From positions 2,172,001 to 2,236,000 of the forward strand of contig MU058009.1 in NCBI GenBank assembly GCA_013265495.1: DNA of 64,000 nucleotides, given 5' to 3'. Shown here one piece after another: positions 13,985 through 26,719 of this stretch. The position numbers were made by a program, and so were the translations under genes. The notes under the pieces were generated by a model. The model did no database searches. It saw nothing but the letters and a program-made list of their open reading frames with translations, and was not told the DNA's origin. The DNA comes from Vicugna vicugna. Taxonomy: Eukaryota. Numbering within the stretch: the first letter of the stretch is position 1; every line of letters starts with the position of its first letter.

Positions 13985-15125
13985 TGTATTATGTAGAGCT
14001 CTTTCAAGTGCCAGTAACAGAATATACTTAAAAGCGGAATAAATAGTAACCAGATGTCCAAAGGCAGTTCGTGTCCAGGATTGGTGGTGTGACTTGGAGA
14101 CACATCAAGGACGCAAGTGCTTCCCATCCATGCCTTTGCTATCCTCAGCATGTCACTGATTACAAGATGACTCAGCATTTCTAAGCGACCTTTCCAGTGA
14201 AGAGGAAGGGACATTTGTTTCCATGTGTCCCTTTTTATTTGAGGAGCTTCCTAGTTGCTTCCCCTTCCATATCTCCTTGGACAGAAGCAGGCCACGTGCT
14301 CACACCCTCACTGCAAGGGACACTAGCAAAGTAAGCATGTGGCATTTTCAGCCTTTATCATTGGAGGAATACTCCACTGGCAAGGAAGAAAGATTCTGCC
14401 AAAAACACCTAAATCATTGGGTGATATCCCATATCACCTACAGATGTTTTATGAAATGGAAGAGAGAGGCAGGGCGTGACAGCTTGGTATGTGGATACTA
14501 GGGGTCTGACCTGGAGAACCTTTGGGCTCTCCTTAAAGATAATCAGATTTTTTCCTACCAGGCTGCCTTTGAAACAGTGCAAGATTCTTCTGGAAAAGAG
14601 GTTTGTCAAAGACAAATAAATGACAATCAGGATTTGAATTTGACTGCATGTGATAAATAACACCAAAAAAACCCAAAACAGTGGTTGAACAAATTAGAGG
14701 CTTTATTTTTTTCTTACATTACACAGCACCATGATTCATTAGAGACCCAGAATGGAAATTAACTTTTCATTCAGCCATCCTTAGAGTGTGTTGTCTCCAT
14801 CTTCATGACACCAAAGTGGCACCTGCTCCACCCTCATCCCCAGGCATCTTGACCACAGTCTGGGCAGGAATGAGGAGAAAGGACAAGAGGCAGTGGTGAG
14901 CGCCTGCTGAGTTATTTCTCTTTCGAGAACATCACTGAAAGTCCTACGCAGTAACTTTGGCTTTCCTGTTAATAGCAATAACTCTCATGTAAAACTCCAG
15001 CTGCCAAACAGATTGGGAAATGTACTTCTACAGCGAGAGTCATGCTGTCCTGAATACCGTCAAAGTTCTGATTGTCAGAAAGAAGAAAGTCGATTTTGGT
15101 CTAGTAACTAGTAATTTTTGTTACA
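13985..15125 (-). mobile_element. Two old ERVL/MaLR LTR relics (LTR33/MLT1-like)
   Basis: ~13985-14400 and ~14630-15125, with CAAAACAGTGGTTGAACAAATTAGAGG and CTGCAAGGGACACTAGCAAAGTAAG motifs. Confidence 0.45.
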
Positions 15126-16009
15126 TTGTGGGGGTTTTATGTAAAAACTAAGACTGGGACACAGTGTGGTGTAACAGTGGTGGGAAAGGGTATTTTTCCC
15201 AATTCATTCAATTTTGGGAAAGAGATAGAAAGAGATCATTTTCTGCTGGGAACTCTGGTTGCTCAGGGAGGGAGCAGGTGGTTGTTGACAGATCCGTGAC
15301 GGCGGCAGCGCGGAGCCGACTGAAGCTCAGCAGAGCTCTCCAGAGGCACCTGGGTTTATTCACCTCCCAGTCTTTAACTCCTCAACTTCTGAGTCAATAA
15401 AGAGATGCACAGCAGTGGGAGGAAACTGTATGGCTGCCTGGATGCATACTTCGCAGACATGTTGCTGGTTCTATGTTTCTTCCGTTAGTGAAATCTTTCT
15501 ATAATCCTGTGGAAGACTGACTTGAGGAGGGAGGTGTAGCTGCCCGGGAAGATCTGATTCTCCCACAGGTGCTGGGAGAGTGTCAGTCACATGAAGGCTG
15601 CGGTGAAGCAGCTAGTGACCGGGTTGATCAAAGATGACACGTTTCATTTGCCTGGTCTCTCTTTTGGAAACAATGTAGAACATAAACGAAAATTAAATTG
15701 AATATAAACAAATCCCCGAAATGAGAGATATACAGTCAAAATGTGGCGAGACATGTGGGCTAGAATGGTTCGAGAGGGCGCCATGGAGGAACCAGGTCTT
15801 AAACTGGACCTCATAAAAGCTGGGAGGGTTTGGATTCTCAGAGCGGAGAACAGGGAGGACACCCGGCCAAGGTGTGGTGAAAACTCTGAGAGAAAGAAGA
15901 AAAGCTGCTCAGGAAGAAGGTTCAGAGAGAAAATTTCTTCCAGAAGGTTCTGGAACGGAGGGGAGGTTAGGAGAATGGGAGAAAGACAACCCTGGGGGGA
16001 GGAGACGGG

Positions 16010-16690
16010 GGGTCATAATGCACCTGGCTCCCCCTACCTTTCTTTTGATAATACTTCCAATTAAGTGTCCATCCATACAAAAACCTAAGAAAACCAGAAA
16101 GCCAATTCAAATAAAACTTTGATGGATAATGTCATAAATGTGGCATGCATTGCTGGTGGGCGTATAAACAGGTACAATCACTCAGCACGCCATCTGGCAG
16201 TACTCAGTAAAGTGAGCTTTACATCTGTGCTACGCCACATCAGTCCAACATATATAGATATGAGATACGTATTTTTTTATATTTTGAATTATTTTTATTA
16301 AAACTTACTTACTTTTTATTTAAAATTTTTTACTATTAAAATTTTTTAATTAAAAATTATATTTGTTAAGAGATGCATGTATTTTATATATGTATGATGT
16401 GTACATACACAAAATCACCCTGGTGCCCATAACTAGGGGAATGGATAACTAAAAACACTAATCCTATGGAATAATATGCTGCAATTTGAAGCATTGGACT
16501 AGATATGCAGTTAGTGACATGGATAGATATTAAAAACATAGTTTTGAATTCAAAAATTAAGGAGAAAGAGATACAAGCCCAATAAAGCCACTTAACGTAA
16601 ACTAAAAACACGCACCCAGAACACTACATTATTTACAACAGTTCATGGAGGAGAGGAATGGACGTAGAGATTGGGGATGAAGGGAAGAAA
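16010..16690 (+). mobile_element. Old L1M 3' relic
   Basis: CATTGCTGGTGGGCGTATAAACAGGTACAATCACT...TATGGAATAATATGCTGCAATT. Confidence 0.65.
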
Positions 16691-17069
16691 TTACTCCATC
16701 AGTCGAGAGCAGAGCCTTCACACAGCGGCGTGTGCTGCGACCTCACCTCGCAACCAGGTGTGTGGCTGCCTCTCGTCCCCACGAAGTGCACTTGGGGGCG
16801 AGGACACACTTGTAGACTTCCAGGCGTTTTCCAGTGTATGAACAGCACTAGAACATGCAATTCTCTCCCGCACAAAATGAGGGTAACAGTAGCAAGAATC
16901 TCACTGGGTTGTCAAGAAAACTGGGGGAGACCAACTCTTGGACGCCCAGAGCCACGCCCAGGTGTCAGGTGATGAACGAGGCCCCCCAGCTGGCAGAGGG
17001 GCTCACTGTGAACTTCACACAGTCTCACAGGGCTCGTGTTCAACTCCTGCCTCAGCAAGTGGTAAGTCA

Positions 17070-17420
17070 TTACCGCAGAGGCTTCCGGAGCCCAGCACGT
17101 CGTCGAAACCGAAACCGGCGGGAGGCTGGGAAATCCTCCAGCGCAGGCGCACCCGGTCCCGCTCCCCGGGAGCTCGCGCGCAGGGCGGGCCGCACGCCCG
17201 GGTGAGGGGGCCCCGCACCACCGGCGGGCTCCCCGGCGCCGGGCCCCCGCCTGACCGCCTCTCGCCGGAGACGGCAGTCCTGCCAGCTCAGGGATTACCG
17301 GGCAGCGTGGGCCGGGTGGGGAAGGCCGGCGTGGCGGCCAAGAGTCGCCGCCGGGGGGAGAGGACCGGCCAAAGGACAGTGACCGAAGCTGGCACGGGGT
17401 CAGACGACGGGGATTCTGCT
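17070..17420. promoter_or_regulatory. Orphan CpG island
   Basis: Dense CpG with ETS, IRF, NF-kB-like and NRF1-like motifs; no recognisable CDS. Confidence 0.65.
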
Positions 17421-18124
17421 GGCCTTTGGTCAGAGGTCTGGCGGTGTAGCCTGAGGCCTTTGGGGAACAATGTGTAAACGGAACAAAAATAATTCAGAGC
17501 AGTCCCCTGGGGGCAATGCGATGCTGGTGGCCAAGCTGACAGAGACCAGCGGTCTGCGAAGCATTACGGTGTCGCCTCTACTACGAGGCCGTGGGCCGTT
17601 CCGAACATAATCTAAGGCCTCTTAAACCTGAAGTGAAATGTGATCAAAAGTCTTCGTTACGAAACTGCTGCCGAGCAAGAGGTAGGCACTTTACTTTCCA
17701 CCCAGCGAGGGACATTTTTAGAGATCCCATGTATCCTGCTACAGTACATCGGTCATAGAACCTGTGAATCACCCACTCCTCAGCCTCAAAAAGTGGGACA
17801 TTCCAAAACCTTGATGAACGAAAGGAATGCCCACCTACCTGCTGCAGAGGGAGCCCGGCTAAGCCGCAGGGCTCCATCAGACGATCCTTCCACATCTCTT
17901 CCAGACCTAGGTCATTCAGTATGTGAACTGGGAGCACATTTAGAGTTTTAAGGGATCAGAGATCTCTCCCAGTCCAATTTCCTCTTTGCACAATGTCAAG
18001 CAGCCAGCTCATTTCTATTCAACCTACGTTTATCAAATACCTACTACATTCCAGGCATCCTATTAAATACTAGAAATTCAGGTAGCGTGAATCCTAATAA
18101 AACTTGGCATATTAGGGAAGCATG

Positions 18125-18372
18125 CACAGCAGAGCCAGACTCAGACTGAGGCACTGAATGTGTGTTTATTTTAACTTCACTACTTACTAGCTGTGTGACC
18201 TTGGGCGAGTCACTTAACCTCTCTGTGCTTCAGTTTCATTATCTGTAAAATAAGGTAATACTGAGATTATAACTCATGGGATTGTTATAAGACTTGAAGG
18301 AATCAATATACTTAACGCACATAGAACAGAACAGTGCCTGGCACACAGTAAGAGCTCTGTAAGTGTTAATTA
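18125..18372 (+). mobile_element. MIR SINE
   Basis: ACTTACTAGCTGTGTGACCTTGGGCGAGTCACTTAACCTCTCTGTGCTTCAGTTTC...CAGTGCCTGGCACACAGTAAG. Confidence 0.9.
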
Positions 18373-18949
18373 AAACACCAGGTTTCTGCTTTAAACAATG
18401 AGAAAGGAGAGCAGCAGTTCTTAATACAGAGAAGGGACAAGAGATTCCAGACGGTTGAAGCAGCAAGAGCAAAGGCACTGGGTTGTAAAAGTGGCTGCCT
18501 TTCTCCCTCTCTCTATAGCCTACTCTTCTCACTTCCTTTCTCTGAAGGATTTGGGAATTAGACCTGGGTATGCCATGGAATCTGCAGCTCTCAGCTCCTG
18601 GTGTATTATATAGCACCATTCTGATGAAGCCAGGTGCTCATTAAGATGCTCCAGGGGCTATCAGCTGTTCCTGCCTTGAGCACGTGTTCATTCAGAAGGG
18701 GCTGGCTGATTTCAGAAATCCAGCAGGGATTAAAGCACTGAATGTGCATTCACTTAGCCCATCTGTTCATTGCGAGAGTTTGATTACAGTTGATTGTTGA
18801 TGTAATCGATATTTTTCTTGAGTTTGATCCTCCTCCATGAGGGACTGAAATAGCTTTATATTTACATTCAACTAAACGACCTATGATTAAATTATTTGCT
18901 TTAGAAAAATTTTGACATTTATTAATCACTTGGTGGTTCTCACGGCGGA

Positions 18950-19455
18950 GATATATCTGATTGTCCCCCAATATCCAATATCCATTCTCTCCTTCTTCTA
19001 TGGCAATAGCATTCTTGATTTTTATCTGGGCACATGGACCATGGACACTGAGGATAAAGATTATATTTTCCAGCCTCTCACACATTGGTAGGTGGCCAAG
19101 TACCTAAGCAGACATGATACATTCAATTTCCAAGAAAAGTTCATTTTAAAAGAACGACATTTTCTTCTCCTTTTTTCATATCCTCTCCTCTGAGTGGAAT
19201 GTAGATATGATGGCTAGAGTTAAAGCAACCATTTGAAGCTTGTGAGGTGACTTTGGGAATGGAAAAAAATGCTCAGAGGAGCAACTAGAAGAAGTCTGGC
19301 TATTTTTTTTTAAGTAAGTCTGGCTTTTGATACTCCATGGAGTACCATACGGGAATTCCTACCTCCAGACTTTTATATGAGTGTGAAATAAACTTCTACT
19401 TGTTTAGGCTACTGTTAGCTTGAGTTTGTTGTGGTTTTTGTTTCTTGCAACCACA
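18950..19455 (+). mobile_element. ERVL LTR (LTR16-like)
   Basis: TTCTCTCCTTCTTC...ATTATATTTTCCAGCCTC...GTAGATATGATGGCTAGAG...GAAATAAACTTCTACTTGTTTA. Confidence 0.55.
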
Positions 19456-19809
19456 CAACTTCCCCTTGCTACCCATCTTGACATTTCCTTCGCTCCCTCC
19501 AAGTCATTTGTTACTATTCAGAGGATAAAAACCAAGATTTCCCAACCAAAGAAGAATAATAAGAAGAATAATAATAAATTAGAAGGATGAATACATTGCA
19601 AAAACTTTGCTTCTTCCTTCCCCATCCAAAAATATCACCTTGTGAATTTCATGGCCACTTTAATTATTTTTGGAATGTCTCATTTGCATTCTATGAATGT
19701 AGATGATTAAGTCAGTCTGTGAGTGGGAGGGGAAGTAACAGATAAAATATGTGGAAAAGGAGCAGAAATGTTACTGAAGCAATTTAGGTAGAGGAAGACA
19801 GACTCCAAC

Positions 19810-20130
19810 AGTAGACAAATTATGATGCAGCCATAATGCAATGCTATGCAATGATTAAAGACTGTGATCTAGAATAATATTTGTTGCTTTGGGAATATGT
19901 ATAGGATACTGCGTCAAATAAAAAAGTAGATTCCAGAACAATAAGTAAACATACATTTATATATAGACTTAGAAAAACATGAAGTACACACACCAAAATG
20001 TTAGCAGTATTTATCTCTGGTTAATAGGGTTATAAATGACTTCTATTTTCTTCTATTTTGTTTATTTGTATTTTATAATTTTCCATGATCAACATATATG
20101 ATTGATATAAATTTTAAGTTATTTAAAAAG
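19810..20130 (+). mobile_element. Old L1ME-like 3' relic
   Basis: CACACCAAAATGTTAGCAGTATTTATCTCTGG...GACTTCTATTTTCTTC. Confidence 0.55.
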
Positions 20131-20169
20131 CAATTCTTGAGTGGTGGCAGGAGTAACCCCCCCACTTGC

Positions 20170-20480
20170 ATTGGTTCCTATTAAGCTATGCTGTGATGAC
20201 AAACAAAATCCTAAAATCACAGCACCTGAAAACACCAGAGGTATATTTCTTATTCATGCAAAATCCAATGTGGGTCAGTGGGGACCCTGTCAGTCAGATG
20301 GTTCAGGGATCCATCTCAACATGCAGCTATCAAGGTCAACGCCAGGGAGAAGAAGGGTAGAGAGCACATCCTAGTTTGCTGGTCAGAATTTGCACATAGC
20401 CTTCACCTCCCTGCGAGGGAGGCTGGGAAATGTTGGGAAATGCGGAAACCAGCTCAGCAGTACCATGGCCCACAAGAAGA
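20170..20480 (-). mobile_element. MLT1 (J/K-like) relic
   Basis: GCTATGCTGTGATGACAAACAAAATCCTAAAATCACAG...CTGCGAGGGAGGCTGGGAAATGT. Confidence 0.5.
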
Positions 20481-20707
20481 GCCCACAGTCTACATCAGGG
20501 ACTAGAGCTTATGCAAAACATAAGGCTGAATCGGGCATCGTACCGGACACAGACTAGGGCAGACTGTGGAGACAGTGAGGAAGGATGGTTGGCATCAGGA
20601 AGGCAAAAGTTACTCCATGTGAGCTGAATGGTTGGATCGGGACCCCAGCAAGTGGCTGCGAATCGGGAGAGCAGGGTCTAGCTCCTCAAAAGTTTCTAGC
20701 AAGAGAT

Positions 20708-20850
20708 GGGGGAGGATGTAGCTTAAGTGGTAGAGCTCATGCTTAGCATGCATGAGGTCTGGGGTTCAATCCCCAGTACTCTCTCCAAACATAAATAAAC
20801 CTAATTACTGCCCCTCTCAAAATAATGAAAACAAAGAAGAAAATTGTTAT
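20708..20850 (+). mobile_element. vic-1 SINE with 18-bp TSD
   Basis: GGGGGAGGATGTAGCTTAAGTGGTAGAG...GGTTCAATCCCCAGTAC...AAACCTAATTAC. TSD AAGTTTCTAGCAAGAGAT at 20690-20707 and 20851-20868. Confidence 0.93.
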
Positions 20851-23800
20851 AAGTTTCTAGCAAGAGATACTGTGACTGGGGTCCTACTAAGGGGCAGGGC
20901 TTCACAACAGGTACCACCCCAGAAGGAGAACTGAAATACCTATGAGGAAAACAAGGAAACAGTCATCGGGGTCGACGAGGAAGGAGGAAGGGAGATCGCA
21001 CCTTTGCAGGCATATGGTTGCCCAGGGGCTCATCTCTGATAAAGCGAGTACCTGGAGTAGGACAGACAGATCCGCAGGGGAGGCAGCCTCTCTCTGGCCA
21101 AATTTGGTCCGCATTGGCTTGGGGATGGACTCGAGCTGGGCCCATGGACAGAAGGCATCAGTGTCTGAAGCCAAGCAGGTGTAGTGAGGCTGGACTCTGA
21201 TCTACTATCAGAACTTGTCCATCAGTTCAGAGAGATTTTTCTAAGATAGTCTTGTAAGTAGCTTATCCGCCTTATAAACAGGCTCTTCCGCTCACCCTTC
21301 CCTACTCAGCACGGTGTCCTGGTGGCTGGGGACCATTAGTTACTGACACAGAAACCTAGGGCAGGAGGAAACACCTATGCTGGCCAAGTTATCATCCACC
21401 CAGCTACTGCTCCTGGTCTGTTGAATACCTTGGCTGGAAACCCCAAACCCCATGTTTTGTCTCCTTGAAAGATATTTTAAAACACAGAGAATATTTTAAA
21501 GAAAAGTTGGAACTTTTTACCTCTTTAGCTAAATGTATCCATTGTGCACAGATGCCTGGGTTTCAGTGGCCAGGACAGCATGGTGTGGAGGGAAAGCCCT
21601 GTATTAGGAACCAAAGATTCCAAATTCTAATACGGTTCTGAATGTGAGGACCAAATGAAGTAATGGTTAGGGATGTGCTTTAAATGTTCCAACGTAATTG
21701 GAAAATGAGGAGTGTGTGGGTATCTACCCACCTGGTAACTTTGCAGAGCTCGGATTAGGGCGACACACAGGAGGTGCCAAGGGCATAGAATTTAAAGGGG
21801 GGCTCAGTCCAGGGTCACGCGAGGACCCTGCTAAGAGAATCATGTGCAAGTCCAGTGCGCCTTTCAGAAAAGGCGTCCCGGCTGGGAAGAGAAGTGGGCA
21901 AGGATTGTCTAGAACGGTCAGATCTCTGAAAGCAACCTTTCTAGAAGCTGCTGAGAAGTGAGGTGATGGAGGGGCTGAGGGAAGCCCAACAGACCGTGCT
22001 CATGTGGTCTGGCTTCCTGGCAGCAGGTGAAGAGAGGCCCATCAGGACCAGAAGGGCAGGCTGGGAGAAGTCTTGTCTACCATTCCTGGCCGAGAAAACC
22101 TCCTTCCACCTCTGAGCTGCCAAGCCAGCCTTAGGGATGATCAGCACCTCTCCTCCCCCGCCCTTCTCTAGGTAAAATGTTTCCTGTGAGACTGCAAAGG
22201 GTTTTAGAAGCCAGTTTGCAGATGTGACAGGAGGCCTGGCAAAACGAGCCAGGCTGGGTCCTCAAGTCTTTATCACCTAATGCTTATCAGTCATACCTTA
22301 TCTCTTAATTAGCTGAGTGTCAGCTAAAAGTAAGAACAGGTCAGAAGGGTAGGAGGAAGTAGCCAGGGAAAGGGCCTTTGTAGTGACAAGTGAGTGCATC
22401 ACAAACACGCTCAGGCTCGTTCTAATTCGCCTCGCCTTGGTCCTGAATATGGCACTTTCAGTGTCATATTCAGATGGTCTTTAACTCATTGTCATTAATT
22501 TTCAAATGGCCTTAACTCATTGTCTTTGGAATTTGTTGATGCCCCAAACTACCCACTTGCAGAGGATGCCTGATCCAAACAGGTACCTGAAAAATCAAGG
22601 CATGTCAGCTGGCATTTATTAAATGTCTTTATTCTCATAGGGACTAGGCACTGAGGGAAACAGAAAAAATATATATAGGAGGAGAACTTATAAAGAGTTG
22701 ACACTCTAGGATTCAGATTCAGCTAACATTCACCAAGCTCCTACGATGTGTCACGTATATATCATCTCATTTAATCTCACAAAATCCCTCCAATATAAGT
22801 ACTGTTATCCCAGGGTACCCAAGTCCAAGCCCAGCACTGTGTCTAATACGCTGCGGGATGGGGAGGCGGAGTAAACACAGTTAGCACAGTGAAGCTGAAA
22901 CACATAAACATGCTCGTGAGTCACTGTGTCAGAGACAGCGTAATTGTCACATTTTGGAAAGAAGTGTGGCAACAATAAAAGCTGGGAGAAAGGAACTGAC
23001 TGGAAGGTTGGGAGGGCTGAAGGCAGGTGGAGCTCCTCTGAGGTTTCCTGGATGAGGTGAGGGTGGAGCCGATTATCCCGAGGGAAAGGCTGCGATTTGG
23101 TGAAGCGGTGGTGGGGGCAGCAACAGCCTGCTGTTTCAAATAACAGAGAGCCTGAGTCAGTCGGTGACATCCTTTTAACACATGGTTAAGGGTGGCGCCC
23201 CCAGCCTCCTGGATGCAGTAACCAAGGGATCCCACTGCAGCTCAAGGTGAAGGGTACCAGCGTCAGCCCCCAGCAGCAGACACCAGTGTGCTAATTCCAG
23301 CCCAGCCTGGCAGACAGCAGGGCTCTGTCTAGGGGAGCTGGGACGACACATTCGAAAGGAGGGAAATCAGCTTGGAGCTATTTTTAGTGCTGCCTCTCCG
23401 TGCAGCGCGGACTTCAGGCATGTGCACGCCTGCGAATTCATCAGATGGAAATCTATGTGCGCATAGCCTGCTCTCGAACGTCCTTTCCACCCAGAAGGTT
23501 CCTTTCTACAACCTGACCTGTGATGGCATCATTTCCTGCCCACTGTCAAGTTCTGATGCCCCGCTGGTCAGCTTCCCAAGGCCTCTGCTGAATGTATGCA
23601 CAGGTAGATTACAGCCAGGGAGGGATCAGCAGCTTTGACAACAGAGGGAAAGAAAGTGTCTTGATTTCCCAAATTTCTAACAAGTGCCAAATATAAGCTC
23701 AGATTGGTTGGAAATATAAGCACAATGGAATTCTGCGGAGCCTTAAATGAAGCCACAGACCATTTTCCCCGAGCTGCAGTGGAAAATCTAAACCCTCACA

Positions 23801-24684
23801 GCACCTAAGAGCTTCCCCACCAATAAAACTTGTTGGCAGAGCATTACATCATCAGAAAAAAGTCTGATTGGCTGAGTCTATCCTCAGGGAAAGACCCACT
23901 TCTGGCAGCAAAAACTTTTCCAAGAGCCTTTTGGGGCTTCAGACACCATATTTAGTTTTCTCCTTTTAGCACAAAACTTTAGTACGATAACCAGCACATG
24001 GGTCCTTTAGGAAGCTGCTTCTGCCAGAATATATGGCAAAAAAAAACCCAAAAAAAAAACAAAAAAAAAACCCTTGAAGTTGCTTTTCACTGAGTGCCTT
24101 GGTGCCAGCCTCTGGACTGGCAGTACCTACCCTGCCTGGCAGGTGAGAAACTGCGAAAAAGTTTAATGGGGAGACTTGCTACGCTGTCACTAGCTTCCAG
24201 ATTAGACGTGGCAATGGTGACTGTGAGCACCAGCCAAGGAATGTCATAACAGAGGCTACTGCGAAACCAAATTAAAGGAGCCTGGAGATCAGCACAAAGT
24301 CCTCATGTTAGAAACTTTCATTAATTGCTTGTATGCAATGTATTAGGCCGGGCAGGCGGGCCCTCACCTTCAAGGAAAATACGGCATGCATTCGGGCTGC
24401 CTTTCTCCCAAAAGACAAAAAGAAGCTGAAACAGAGCAAGTTGTACACATATCCTTAAAGGAACCATAAAGGGTTTTACCAATGGGGCTTTGGCTGGGAA
24501 ATAAGTAAAAGGGGGCATAACCCCACTGTTTCAGCCACGTTCCCCACTGGCCCGGCTCCCGTGATTGCCTTCCGCCTCATTTGGCTCCTGTTCTTCGGTA
24601 ACAACCCTCAGGTGAAAACTGCAGCTTGCGAGGAGGCAGACGGTTAGAGCCAGTGGCACTGCCGCCACCCCCGTGTTCTTACAC

Positions 24685-24800
24685 TTTTCCTTGATTCTTC
24701 CCCCCTTCCCCCCTCTTTCTTCCTCCCTTCCTCCTTTTCTCTCCTCCTCTTTCTTTCTACCTTCCCTCCTGTCTCTGTCTCCCTGCCTCTCTCTTTCCGA
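24685..24800. repeat. CT-rich low-complexity tract
   Basis: Near-pure pyrimidine run. Confidence 0.8.
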
Positions 24801-26719
24801 CAATACAAGTGGCTCTCCTTGGTTCTCCCTCACAGGACACCCTCCTTCCTCCAGATGGACTCCCACCTGACTGACGGTGGTCAAGAAAGCGCTGCGCTGG
24901 AGGACATCCCGTGTTACCGTCCCTGAATTAAAACATCCTCAGGGCGGGGCTGGGGGGCTGCAAGGAGGGGCGACCAGTTTCCCTGGAGACCAACCAGTCT
25001 CTATTCGGATCCAGACAGCACATTTCCTGCAAACCTGTTTCCAGGTAACAGCACCCTCATCAATGGGCCTTGAATCCAGGTAACAGATCTCCAACACTCA
25101 GGGAGAGGGAGGAGGCCATGAACCTCCCCTTGGGAAGTAGGAGATGGATTCCATCACTATGGGTAAAAGGAGGGAAGAGTGTGGATTTTAATACGGTTAA
25201 ATGTCTCATCTTCACAGTTGTGAAGATAAGAATAGAAGGATGTAAGTCTCCTGTGACAGAGACGAACAGCCATTGGGAGGTAGAAAAAAACTGGCAGGAA
25301 TCACAGGGGCAAGCTGGGCAGGGCGGCCGCAGGCAGCGCGGGAATTGCGGAGCCTGAGAAAGCAGTGGGTGCCTGGCAAGTCCAGCCCCAAATATCCAGA
25401 GAGGCTGCTGGGTTTCTGGTCAGGTCTTGTTCTTTTAAACTGAACCATCAGAGAGGACTCTGGGCAGCCAGGCGTTGGTCAGAATGACCTGCCACCAAGC
25501 CTTCCTCCCGGACCACGCTCTGCCTTCTGACTTATTTCCCTTCTCCTGATGCCTCCTGCTCCCACAGGCTCCTGCCCTCAGGTTCATGGCTGGCTACCAT
25601 CAGCTCCTCCAGGACTGATCTCAGCTTGCCTCCGGCAACTGGCCCTTTAAACACGGTCAGCCCAGCAGGCCCGGGCTGGCACAGAAAAGCCCGTGGCAGA
25701 CAATGGTGTTTATTCCAGGCAATTGTCCCAGACTGGTTACTCCCTGCTAACTCCACCTGCTGCTGTGCACTGCCCCTCTTCCCACTGGCTGAACTCATCA
25801 TCCCCAAGCGTTGGCTAAGAGGCTCCCCTCCCAGCCCCGCCCAGGAGGACCCCAGCCCCTGTGCTGGGGGAAGGGAGTGTAAAGAGCAGGTGGGACGGGA
25901 TTCTGATTTAACTCCGGCCGGTTCAGGTAACAGCTGCCCTGGGTCAGGGCAGGCGCAGGGCTCCGCCCCGGCACTAACCTGCTCGCCCAGGTTTGCCTCA
26001 GCCCCTGGGGAACGGACAAAGGGCGAGTCTTCAAAGCAGCGCGGGCCAAACACGGAGGGGAAGGGCGCGGGAGTGGCACCGCTGCCCAGTTCAGAGACGC
26101 TGGCCGTCCTCCCGCCCTTCCTGCCCCATAACTGCCCCGTGTCCTGCCCTGGAGGAGGCGCCTGCCAGGGCGAGCCCCCAGCTTCCCTGGCAACTCTGGA
26201 AGCCACAGTTTGTCACAGCGCGTGAGCTGTGGCCAAACCCCGGGAGATAGGCGGTCCCCCAGGGAACATGACTGGGAGCCCCACCTCGGGGCCCTGGTTC
26301 CCCACCCTTCTCATCCATCCTCTTCCTCGCTTGCCTTACTGAGGTCCTTCCCCTCCCCAGAGGTGATTATTCTTTAATTCCGTGGACTTAGAGGTAAAAG
26401 AAGAGAAAGGGCAGAGGAAGCCTGGGCTGGGGAGCGAGGGGCTGGGTCACCACGATGACAGCAATGGAATGGAAGGCCTGTCACTAACCTTCAGGACAGA
26501 TGGCAATTCTGGGCGGAGGAGACAGGATCTCACTTCAAGATTTTCTGTAAGTCTGATTGTTTCCATCCCACCCACAGCAAGATGAGGGCTTCAATCCTCC
26601 GAGCCGGGGGTGACGGGAAAGGGAGAGAAGGCTGAGACTTAGGACATTCTTGGGTCTCTTAGGCCGTTATCCCTGGTCTCATCGGAGCCTCCTGAGTGTA
26701 GCGCGCATGTCCTGGAGGT

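Noticed and set aside
16265..16365. AT-rich quasi-palindromes
   Set aside because: Low-complexity expansion inside an old L1.
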